Assembly: GCA_047947115.1 (NCBI GenBank)
Contig: CP170459.1
Coordinates: forward strand, 3,445,746-3,509,745
Length of the DNA stretch: 64,000 bases
Source: Verrucomicrobiota bacterium
Lineage (GTDB): Bacteria; Verrucomicrobiota; Verrucomicrobiia; Limisphaerales; AAA164-E04
Direction: 5' to 3'
Position 1 is the first letter of the stretch, and each line of letters begins with the position of its first letter. Positions 51,062 through 59,333 of this stretch are shown here, in pieces. The position numbers were made by a program, and so were the translations under genes. Below the pieces are notes generated by a model, which was not told where the DNA came from, ran no database searches, and saw only the letters and a list, made by a program, of their open reading frames with translations.

Positions 51062-54000
51062 TCTGAAGCGGGTTGGTGAAGCGATCGTTTGTGATTTGGG
51101 AAAGTGTTCCGTCCGGCCATCGTACGTCAACTTGCTGTAATTTGTCTGGTGACGTGGCAAACAGAGTCGGGGAAGATTGGCTGAGGTAGCCGTTTCCGGC
51201 ATAGATTTCGCGAACTTCTGTTTTTCCGGAAGTGTGCCGGATGGTGATGCGTGATCCAATGCCATGCTGATTTCCCGGTCTGCCCAGGAGCCGGATGCCG
51301 AGTGGTTGCGATCCGTAAACGGCCTGGTTGATGAATGCCAACAAACGATCGTTGTTCTGGGTGGCGACCAGATCAGGCCAACCATCCGCATTCAAATCCG
51401 TAATCGCAAGACCCTTTCCATCGCCACCGACTTGAAAGCCGGTTTGTTCGAAATCCTGGATTTGAAAAACTCCATTGGAATCAAATACGCCAGAAAAACC
51501 AATGCCGCCGCGCCATAAACCGGTTTCGGGTTCCCGGGTGTAGAAGTTTTGAACGCCATAGTAGTCGAGTTGACCGTTTCCATCAAAATCGGACACCACG
51601 GTTCCATAGCCAGGCGAGGCTTGAATCAACCGAGGAAAGGCTTTCCAATCAAACGAACCCTTGCCGCCATTGATGAGGATGCCCGACTCGAAATGATTGG
51701 CCAAATACTGCCGGGCTGAATTGAGTTGGTTCACCGGGTAGATCTCATTGAGTTTTGACGATGCAAATTGACGAAAAGTCGGAAACTTCTCTCTCAACCA
51801 GGGCATGACCCCTCCTGCAAAACTCAAGCCACGAACAGGAAGGTATCCTTGGTCTCCTTTGTGAACCTCGATCAGGAAAGGGCGATTGGTTTGATCCATC
51901 GCACCATAAAGCAGGATGGCGGGATTGTTTTGACTGGCTGTTTGATACTTCGTGTTCAAACCGACGTTCATGACCACATAATCCATGTCGCCGTCTTTGT
52001 CCACATCCGCGCCGTTGATGACGTTCCACCAACCCAGGCGCCCGGAAAGCTTTCGGTTTTCGGTTTCGTCCGCCAGTTTGCCGTTGTGGTTTGCAAAGCA
52101 TTTCACTGGTCCCCATTCAAGTGTGAGCATCAGGTCGAGGGTTCCGTTGGAATCCGTGTCCGTCCAAAGCGCCGAGGTGACCATTCCGACGGACCGAAGG
52201 CCGGGGGCAATTGTGTCCGTGACATCTACGAAGCGTCCACCTTCGTTCCTCAGTAACCGGCTTTCCGGAGTGGTCGGGTAATGGGCTGGAACGACGCGTC
52301 CTCCGATGAACAGATCCAGATCTCCATCGGCATCAAAATCTGCAGCGACTGCGGGGCCGCTCGAGATTGGTTTTTGGGGGAGCACCTCTTCAGGAGCCAC
52401 GGTAAATTTGCCTTTCCCGTCATTCAGGTAAAGCCGATCATTCAAGACGGGATCTCCCGGGTTGCATTCCACACCGCCACTGGAGACGAACAAGTCAAGA
52501 TCTCCGTCCAGATCTACATCCAGCCACAAGGGCGCCATGTCTTCGTGGCGTTGGTGGGAGTTGAAAATGATTTGATTATCAGTGTCTTTTTCAAAATGTC
52601 CCGGGCTTATCTGGATAAAAAGAGCTCCGGGCTGTCCGGATGCACCCGCCAGATAGACGTCTTCGTCTCCGTCACCGTCCACATCTCCCCAGGCCATGCC
52701 TCCCCCGAGTTGCGAATGTTTGGACGGTAATAAAGGCTGACGTTGCCGGTCTTCAAAAATCGTCTCCTGATGTTTGAAATCGAGACCGATCTGCCGGCTC
52801 ATTTCGATGAAGCGTTTTCGAGGCCTTTCTGTCGTTGGAGCGGCTTGTCGGGTGGTGGTTTCTTCAATGGTGTAACGCAGGTTTGTTTGCAGGTTGGTGA
52901 AAACCTGCTGAACGCCGCTGGGCCAGTTGACGGTCAATTTGCTGATAGTCTTCTCATTTCCCAGTCCAAAATGCAGACTTGGTTCGTTGCTGGCCAGGAA
53001 ACCTGTCATGGGATTGAGCTGTCGAATCTGAGTGCCCAGCTTTTCACTCTCCACATGAACAACGGCCCCCAGGCCATACCGATTACTTGGAGTTCCTTTC
53101 AGTCGAATGGTGATACGGTTTCCGGAATGGCTGTTGTTTCTGTAAATGCCGACGGGTTCATTGAGGTCTGCGGTCACCAGGTCCAGGTCGCCGTCCCCAT
53201 CGAGGTCTCCATAGGCTGCCCCATAACTCATGCCCATATGATCCAGACCCCATGCTTTGCTGGTATCTTTAAAGATCAGGTCTCCATGGTTTTTAAAAGC
53301 GAAATTCTGTTCCCTGAGAGGCGGTGTGTCTTTCCAAAGGTCCCATTCGGTTTTTCCTATCAGCATGGAAAGTGATATGGGCATGTCGGCGTCGGTTGAC
53401 ATGCGGGATGCGCCGTTGGTGGTGAACACGTCAACCCGGCCATCGTTGTCAAAATCCGCCAACTTGATGGCCCAGGTCCAGTCGGTCGCTGCCAGGTTTG
53501 CCATGAATGCGACTTCCATGAACCGATCGGTTCCAGTATTCAGGTAAAGCGTGTTGTGCGATGTTTGACGTGGCCAGACATTTTCCAGAAACCACCGGCG
53601 ATCGCCCATTTCGCCATTGCTGATGTGCCATTTGTAATGTGTGGTGGCCATCATATCCGCACTCATGAAATCAAGCCGCCCGTCGTTGTTCAGATCGGCA
53701 CAGTCAGCACCCATGGAAGACCAGGTCGTGTAAGGCATCACATCGGCAATGACATCTGTGAAAGTCCCGTCGCCATTGTTGCGGTAAAGATGATCCGGAT
53801 CCGTGAAATCATTGCCTACATAGAGGTCGATTTTGCCATCCGAGTTGTAATCCCACCATGTAGCCGAAAAACCGTGACCGTTTTCTGTGATGCCTGCCTG
53901 GACGCTGACATCGGTGAACGTGCCGTCCCCGTTATTGCGAAACAAACGGTCAGGGCGTCCGCAGGTATCCGCAGTGTAGCTGTTGGGACCGGTCTGGCGC

Positions 54001-54776
54001 AGGTGATAATACTTTTCGTGCTCCGCTAGGATGTAGGGGCGGCCGTTTTTAAATCCAACGGGCGGTTTTTGGGGGCGGCCGCCGGGACGAACATACCGAT
54101 AGGTCAACACAAAGACATCCAGATCACCGTCATTGTCGTAATCGGCAAAAGTCGGAAAGATACTGGCATCTACCATGTCCAGACCGCAGGCAGCGGCAGA
54201 TTCGGTGAATGGTTTCCCTGCGCCCTGATTGATGAAAAGTTGATTGGGGGCGTCATAATTGCAGACATAGATATCCAGATCTCCATCGTTATCGATGTCT
54301 GCCATGGCCGTTCCCGCTCCCCATCGATCCTCACCCGATGTGTTGGATGCTTCGGTCATGTCCTTGAACTTAAAAGGTGTCTCCTGAATGTAGAGTCGAT
54401 TGGATTCAGGTGCGTTGACAAGGTAAAGGTCGGGTTTTCCATCACCATTGACATCGCCGATTGCGATTCCTCCGCATACGGAGCCTGCGTAATTCAGGTA
54501 GCTCTTGGGATGGTCCAGGATCATGTTGTTGGAGAAATGCACGCCGGTGTCATCTGGCAGTAATCGTTCGAACAATGTGGCGGCAGAGATTTTTTGCGAC
54601 CGGGGTGACAGGGGGGCTTGATGGATTGTGCCATTTGACATGTCCGCAGATTGCATGGAACTCACTGCAAGACAGCATCCAAACAGAACCCCTGCGACGA
54701 AGAACCAGTCAACCAAGCAAGAACGTTCCCCGGTGGGGAGGGGCGTGAGATGCTGCCTGGTCAAATGAAGATTCAT
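51039..54776 (-). CDS. CRTAC1-family FG-GAP/VCBS repeat protein with two ASPIC/UnbV modules
   Basis: Track ORF 51039..54905 trimmed to ATG 54776 (MNLHLTRQH...) because the first 43 codons derive from the tandem-repeat edge. Many motifs GDVNGDGKPDL, ADIDNDGDLDI, ADYDNDGDLDV...; ASPIC/UnbV-like GNRITIRLKGTPSNRYGLGAVVHV and LGIRLLGRPGNQHGIGSRITI. Confidence 0.8.
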   Translation of the reverse strand: MNLHLTRQHLTPLPTGERSCLVDWFFVAGVLFGCCLAVSSMQSADMSNGTIHQAPLSPRSQKISAATLFERLLPDDTGVHFSNNMILDHPKSYLNYAGSVCGGIAIGDVNGDGKPDLYLVNAPESNRLYIQETPFKFKDMTEASNTSGEDRWGAGTAMADIDNDGDLDIYVCNYDAPNQLFINQGAGKPFTESAAACGLDMVDASIFPTFADYDNDGDLDVFVLTYRYVRPGGRPQKPPVGFKNGRPYILAEHEKYYHLRQTGPNSYTADTCGRPDRLFRNNGDGTFTDVSVQAGITENGHGFSATWWDYNSDGKIDLYVGNDFTDPDHLYRNNGDGTFTDVIADVMPYTTWSSMGADCADLNNDGRLDFMSADMMATTHYKWHISNGEMGDRRWFLENVWPRQTSHNTLYLNTGTDRFMEVAFMANLAATDWTWAIKLADFDNDGRVDVFTTNGASRMSTDADMPISLSMLIGKTEWDLWKDTPPLREQNFAFKNHGDLIFKDTSKAWGLDHMGMSYGAAYGDLDGDGDLDLVTADLNEPVGIYRNNSHSGNRITIRLKGTPSNRYGLGAVVHVESEKLGTQIRQLNPMTGFLASNEPSLHFGLGNEKTISKLTVNWPSGVQQVFTNLQTNLRYTIEETTTRQAAPTTERPRKRFIEMSRQIGLDFKHQETIFEDRQRQPLLPSKHSQLGGGMAWGDVDGDGDEDVYLAGASGQPGALFIQISPGHFEKDTDNQIIFNSHQRHEDMAPLWLDVDLDGDLDLFVSSGGVECNPGDPVLNDRLYLNDGKGKFTVAPEEVLPQKPISSGPAVAADFDADGDLDLFIGGRVVPAHYPTTPESRLLRNEGGRFVDVTDTIAPGLRSVGMVTSALWTDTDSNGTLDLMLTLEWGPVKCFANHNGKLADETENRKLSGRLGWWNVINGADVDKDGDMDYVVMNVGLNTKYQTASQNNPAILLYGAMDQTNRPFLIEVHKGDQGYLPVRGLSFAGGVMPWLREKFPTFRQFASSKLNEIYPVNQLNSARQYLANHFESGILINGGKGSFDWKAFPRLIQASPGYGTVVSDFDGNGQLDYYGVQNFYTREPETGLWRGGIGFSGVFDSNGVFQIQDFEQTGFQVGGDGKGLAITDLNADGWPDLVATQNNDRLLAFINQAVYGSQPLGIRLLGRPGNQHGIGSRITIRHTSGKTEVREIYAGNGYLSQSSPTLFATSPDKLQQVDVRWPDGTLSQITNDRFTNPLQIIQPESK

Positions 54777-54841
54777 GATCTGGTCCGCGTATTTTATGGA
54801 GAGCATCAAGTGCAACAAGGATTTTCCGGTCAAGTCCAAGA

Positions 54842-56115
54842 AATTGGAGGGTCCAGCGCCTGCTTGAACCCACTTCGGACCTTGTGGCGTTTGAGGGCCG
54901 GTCATTGTTCCGTGGAAAAGCTGTTGGCGATCGAATCGCTGTGGTCTGCCCGCGTTCCGGTTGCTTTGCTCAGGGGGGAGGTAAAGGGGTAAGTATGGGA
55001 ACGGGGTGGCACCCGTCCCTCCGTTGTAAACAATGGAGGGTCAAGCGCCTGCTTGAACCCACTTCGGACCTTGTGGCGTTTGAGGGCCGGTCATTGTTCG
55101 GTGGAAAAGCTGTTGACGATCGAATCGCTGTGGTCTGCCCGCGTTCCGGTTGCTCTGCTCAGGCGGGTGGTAAAGGGGTAAGTATGGGAACGGGGTGGCA
55201 CCCGTCCCTCCGTTGTAAACAATGGAGGGGCAAGCGCCTGCTTGAACCCACTTCGGACCTTGTGGCGTTTGAGGGCCGGTCATTGTTCGGTGGAAAAGCT
55301 GTTGACGATCGAATCGCTGTGGTCTGCCCGCATTCCGGTTGCTTTGCTCAGGGGGGAGGTAAAGGGGTAAGTATGGGAACGGGGTGGCACCCGTCCCTCC
55401 GTTGTAAACAATGGAGGGGCAAGCGCCTGCTTGAACCCACTTCGGACCTTGGGGCGTTTGAGGGCCGGTCATTGTTCAGTGGAAAAGCTGTTGGCGATCG
55501 AATCGCTGTGTGCTGCCAGCGTTCCGGTTGCTTTGCTCAGGGGGGAGATAAAGGGGTAAGTATGGGAACGGGGTGGCACCCGTCCCTCCGTTGTAAACAA
55601 TGGAGGGGCAAGCGCCTGCTTGAACCCACTTCGGACCTTGTGGCGTTTGAGGGCCGGTCATTGTTCCGTGGAAAAGCTGTTGGCGATCGAATCGCTGTGG
55701 TCTGCCCGCGTTCCGGTTGCTTTGCTTAGGGGGGCGTAAAGGGGCAAGTATGGGAACGGGGTGGCACCCGTCCCTCCGTTGTAAACAATGGTGGGTCAAG
55801 CGCCTGCTTGAACCCACTTCGGACCTTGGGGCGTTTGAGGGCCGGTCATTGTTCTGAGGAAAAGCTGTTGGCGATCGAATCGCTGTGGTCTGCCCGCGTT
55901 CCGGTTGCTTTGCTCAGGGGGGTGGTAAAGGGGTAAGTATGGGAACGGGGTGGCACCCGTCCCGCCGTTGTAAACAATGGAGGGGCAAGCGCCTGCTTGA
56001 ACCCACTTCGGACCTTGGGGCATTTGAGGGCCGGTCATTGTTCGGTGGAAAAGCTGTTGCCGATCGAATCGCCGTGGTCTGCCCGCATTCCGCTTGGCGT
56101 TGCTCAGGCGAGGGA
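54842..56115. repeat. Tandem array, ~6.7 copies of a 189 bp hairpin-dense unit (non-coding minisatellite / candidate structured-RNA array)
   Basis: The motif GCGCCTGCTTGAACCC recurs at 54856, 55045, 55234, 55423, 55612, 55800 and 55989 (periods 189,189,189,189,188,189). By eye the copies differ at only a handful of positions each; the last copy decays after ~125 bp. Each unit holds GCGAT-CGA-ATCGC, GGGA(A)CGGG-GUGGCA-CCCGUCCC and CCCTCCGTTG-TAAA-CAATGGAGGG hairpins. Confidence 0.95.
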
Positions 56116-56126
56116 GTTCCTCATTG

Positions 56127-56164
56127 TTAAAAAGAAAAGCCCGTCCGCTGGGTAGCGGACGGGC
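56127..56164 (-). terminator. Intrinsic terminator of the LamG/PA14 gene
   Basis: 11 bp stem GCCCGTCCGCT / AGCGGACGGGC (56139..56164), loop of 4, followed on the minus strand by TTTTCTTTTT. It lies 32 nt after the stop at 56196. Confidence 0.8.
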
Positions 56165-56195
56165 GTGATTAAAGGTCGTTCTTTAGATTGCTCGA

Positions 56196-59087
56196 TTACT
56201 CGGCAATGTAGAACTGGGCAGCCTGATCAGGAGACACCGAGTAAGGTGAGGTGGCTCCGGCCACTGCACTGTAACTTCCGTTGACAGTGGCAGAGGATTT
56301 CAGTGTGCCAGTGAACTCAATGACAACGCTTCCGTCTTGCAGTGCGACTGAGCTGATGGAACCGCCACCGGTGCTACCGCCACCGATTTCGGTGTCGAAG
56401 TCCCAGTGAGCCACCAGGCTTGCAATGTCAGCAGGAGAACCGCCGCCGGCGATGCCCTTCAATTCTGCTTCAGTCAATGCCTTGGAGAAGATCGCGAAGT
56501 CATCATAGACAGCGCGGTCTTTGTTGCCAAGGTCAGCTGCAGAACCAATGAACAAACCGGTCACATCGGCGGTCAGCGGATCTGCATCCACACCATCGAG
56601 GAACAATTCGCCATCAATACGGATTTCCTTTACGCCACCCTTCTTGGAGAAGGAATACAAGTGCCATTCGCTCGTGAAGTCAGGATTGTCATCGAAATCA
56701 GCGAGCGGAGCATTGATGCGTTGACCAGGAGATGCACAGCAGCCCTGGGTGTCGAAGTAGATCTGACCGTTACTCCAAGGCAAGTGAGCTTGGAATCCAC
56801 GGTTTCCGGAACCAGCGGAGTTCGCGATCCAGACTGCTGAGTTGTTGGCGATCGTGTGCTTCTTGCTCCACAATGCAACGGTGATTTCGTCGGCAGCGAA
56901 CAGCGGGTTCAACCAATCGTACTCGGTTACGATAACGGAACCGCCTTCAGGGGTCAGGTCAAGACCACGATCACCAGGTTTGCCAGAGCGTCCTTCACCA
57001 TCAGCTGTGGAGACGGCGTTGCCGATCACCAAGCCAGGGTATCCACCGACGTTGTCCAAAGTAGGACCGCCGTATGCCAGGATGCTGAAGCTCCAATCCA
57101 TGGTGGCAGGATCGCCAACAGGATCTGGATAGGTCAGCGTAACGTTCACGGTTTGACCGGAAGGCCAAAGCTCGGTTGGGGTGTAGGTCAGGGTGGCCAC
57201 TTTGCCTTCGAGGTTCAAGCTTGTTTCGACCTCGGTGCCGTTCACTGACAGGCTGGTGTTAGCATTCGTCCAAGCAACAGGACCGTTGTTGTGCACCACG
57301 GTGATGCCAGTTGTGGCAGGATTGCGGTCCGTTGCGCCATCAGCAGGAGTGATCGTGCCGAAGGAACCACCAGGAGGTGTGAGCTGAGGTGTAGCAGAGC
57401 TCAGGAACTTGCCAGGAATAGGCTGCAAGTTGGCTGCAGGGGTGTCGTCGTTGACGTTACGCCAAGCAACCTGGGCGAAGTCGCCGCCGCCGCCCTCTTT
57501 GTAGAGAACCTGGATGAAGTATTTTCTGCCCGCGGTCATGGAGATCGGGGTGAAGGTGGTTTGATCGGCACCCACTTCTAGGAAAGCGTTACAGCAACCA
57601 GGCTCTTCAGCTTGGAATTGCAGGTTGGCTTCATCGTCGTCTGTGCTGATCCACAATTCGGAAGCGTCGTCCGAACGCAGGAAGAAGTCGTATTCGCCGG
57701 TTTCTTCAGGAGTGATCCAACCTTCGATGACAGCACCATAGTTGTCGTTGCTGTCATTCGGGAAGATATCACGGCTGTTGAATGAGAAAACAGGTCCCAT
57801 GAAATCCCAGTCGTTGGGATAGCGACCATCGTCAAACAGACCGACAACAGGAGTTCCACCGATACCATACCAGGCTTTGAAGGTCAGGATGCCTTCGGTG
57901 CCTTCCACACAGGTGTAGATCTTGCCGCCTGAGTTGTCAGGGATGCTGTTTTTGGATTCATCCGTGATGTTGGAAGCAGTGACAGTGTAGCTGGAAGCTG
58001 GATTCTGCCGAGCGGTGACGATTGTAATCACACCCTTTTTGTGGGTGATGCTTTCAATGGCCACAGAGGGGTCAATGGTATAGTTACCAGGATCTGTTGC
58101 AGATGCTTCGTCCAATTTTTCGGAGAAGGTCATCGTGATGGTGTTCAGGGAACAATCGGTCTCCACAGACACGAACGCAGGATCGGTTGTATCGTTGGGA
58201 TCGGTTCCTTTTTCGAACTCGGCCAAGTTGTTGTCTCCATCGCCATCAGGATCCGTGGTGGCATCCGAAGCGTCATTGATATCGAACCCGAACTGCTCTT
58301 CCCAGTAATCAGGCAGACCATCGCTGTCAGTGTCAACAGGAGCCTGGAAGGGGGATCCACCATTGACTAAGAGTTGGATTTCTTCCTGTGTCAAAGCACC
58401 TTTGAAGATGGCGAAGTCGTCAATGATTCCATCGGGCTGATTTTCGTCACTTGCTGCACCGATGAACAATTGAGTCACGTCGGTGGAGAGTGGTGTTGCA
58501 TCGTCAGACTCAATCAGGATTTGACCGTCGACATAAACTGTTTTGCGCCCTTCGTCTTTGACAAAAGCGTAGTGATGCCATGTTTCGGCCCAGTCAATGT
58601 CCGGAGCAGCATTGACACGTTGTGTGCCTGCTGCACAACAGCCCATGGTGTCAAAGTAAATGTTCCCGTTGGACCATGGAATGTGGAACTGAAAATGACG
58701 CCCTTGAGTTTCTGATACTGCCCAGAAGCTACTGCTGTCGATATTGGAGAAGTTTTTCTGCCACACGACGATGGATACTTGATCCTCCTCAGCTGCGAGA
58801 TTCATGGGGTTGTCTTCGCCTTCCGCTTCAAGCAAAAGGTAACCGGCGTTCGCCTCGGAGACATCAAAACCGTTGCCGCCTCCGTTAGGACGACCATCGC
58901 TCACGACTTGAGCGTCTCCGACGATGATTCCGGTGTATTTGCCGTCGGCCGAACGGAGTTCATCCCCGTTTGGTTGCGAATTAAAGTCCCATCCGGTCAC
59001 CAATTGGGCCGCATGGACTTGCGCTGTTGTAGCTCCAGCAGAAGCCAATAAGGCGACTGCGAGCCATTTTGTTAATTTATTTCTCAT
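56196..59087 (-). CDS. Giant secreted LamG / PA14 / Ig-like protein with thrombospondin-type-3-like Ca-binding linker
   Basis: 963 aa with signal peptide. Two LamG_3-like modules (WHHYAFVKDEGRKTVYVDG; WHLYSFSKKGGVKEIRIDG). DTDSDGLPDYWEEQFGFD...DPDGDGDNNLAEFEKGTDPND. PA14-like segment (GILTFKAWYGIGG...YDFFLRSDDASELWIS...RKYFIQVLYKEGGGGDFAQVAW). Confidence 0.8.
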   Translation of the reverse strand: MRNKLTKWLAVALLASAGATTAQVHAAQLVTGWDFNSQPNGDELRSADGKYTGIIVGDAQVVSDGRPNGGGNGFDVSEANAGYLLLEAEGEDNPMNLAAEEDQVSIVVWQKNFSNIDSSSFWAVSETQGRHFQFHIPWSNGNIYFDTMGCCAAGTQRVNAAPDIDWAETWHHYAFVKDEGRKTVYVDGQILIESDDATPLSTDVTQLFIGAASDENQPDGIIDDFAIFKGALTQEEIQLLVNGGSPFQAPVDTDSDGLPDYWEEQFGFDINDASDATTDPDGDGDNNLAEFEKGTDPNDTTDPAFVSVETDCSLNTITMTFSEKLDEASATDPGNYTIDPSVAIESITHKKGVITIVTARQNPASSYTVTASNITDESKNSIPDNSGGKIYTCVEGTEGILTFKAWYGIGGTPVVGLFDDGRYPNDWDFMGPVFSFNSRDIFPNDSNDNYGAVIEGWITPEETGEYDFFLRSDDASELWISTDDDEANLQFQAEEPGCCNAFLEVGADQTTFTPISMTAGRKYFIQVLYKEGGGGDFAQVAWRNVNDDTPAANLQPIPGKFLSSATPQLTPPGGSFGTITPADGATDRNPATTGITVVHNNGPVAWTNANTSLSVNGTEVETSLNLEGKVATLTYTPTELWPSGQTVNVTLTYPDPVGDPATMDWSFSILAYGGPTLDNVGGYPGLVIGNAVSTADGEGRSGKPGDRGLDLTPEGGSVIVTEYDWLNPLFAADEITVALWSKKHTIANNSAVWIANSAGSGNRGFQAHLPWSNGQIYFDTQGCCASPGQRINAPLADFDDNPDFTSEWHLYSFSKKGGVKEIRIDGELFLDGVDADPLTADVTGLFIGSAADLGNKDRAVYDDFAIFSKALTEAELKGIAGGGSPADIASLVAHWDFDTEIGGGSTGGGSISSVALQDGSVVIEFTGTLKSSATVNGSYSAVAGATSPYSVSPDQAAQFYIAE

Positions 59088-59333
59088 AAGTTACACTATT
59101 TTGAGTAAGTAACGTTTGGGTTTCACTGCAACGTTCACCAAATTACAGCCAACGGGTACACGGCACACACGGTTTATTTCGCCGCGTACCCGTTGCACTG
59201 ATATCATTGGTGAGAAGGCATCCTGCTAAAAAAACAGGCCCAGTGTCAAGAATGGAACTTCTGCAAGTAGAAAAATGTAAAAAATTCAACCTAAGTGCTT
59301 GATGAGAGTAAATCGGAAGCCTTTTCGGATGCC

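Noticed and set aside
51039-54905. Full 1,288-aa version of the CRTAC1-like ORF
   Set aside because: The first 43 codons (MTGPQTPQGPKWVQAG...) are the repeat-derived frame from the array edge. The start was moved to 54776, whose product begins with a hydrophobic signal-like segment.
55150-55215. Sigma-54-like TGGCAC in every array unit (GTGGCACCCGTCCCTCC)
   Set aside because: The -12 element would be CCTCC, not TTGC. The TGGCAC is on the + strand, where no downstream gene exists.
54884-55729. 281-aa + strand ORF with 63-aa repeats (AFEGRSLFGGKAVDDRIAVVCPRSGC...) and the mirrored minus-strand ORFs (55041..55472, 55476..55817, 55796..56038; MTGPQTPQGPKWVQAGA...) across the tandem array
   Set aside because: They stay open only because the 189 bp period is a multiple of 3. 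Frames on both strands are open at once, and they break exactly where one unit is 188 bp. There is no RBS or signal, and the Cys/Trp/Arg/Gly-rich composition is odd. I treat them as repeat artefacts.
55989-56010. tRNA-like T-loop resemblance (GGGTTCAAGC on the minus strand of each unit)
   Set aside because: No flanking 5 bp T-stem, acceptor or anticodon arm could be drawn, so it is coincidental.
54842-56115. Possible CRISPR array or ToxI-like antitoxin RNA array
   Set aside because: The whole 189 bp unit is repeated with no unique spacers, and no cas genes are present, so it is not CRISPR. The unit is several-fold longer than the type III TA repeats known to me, and no toxN-like gene follows.
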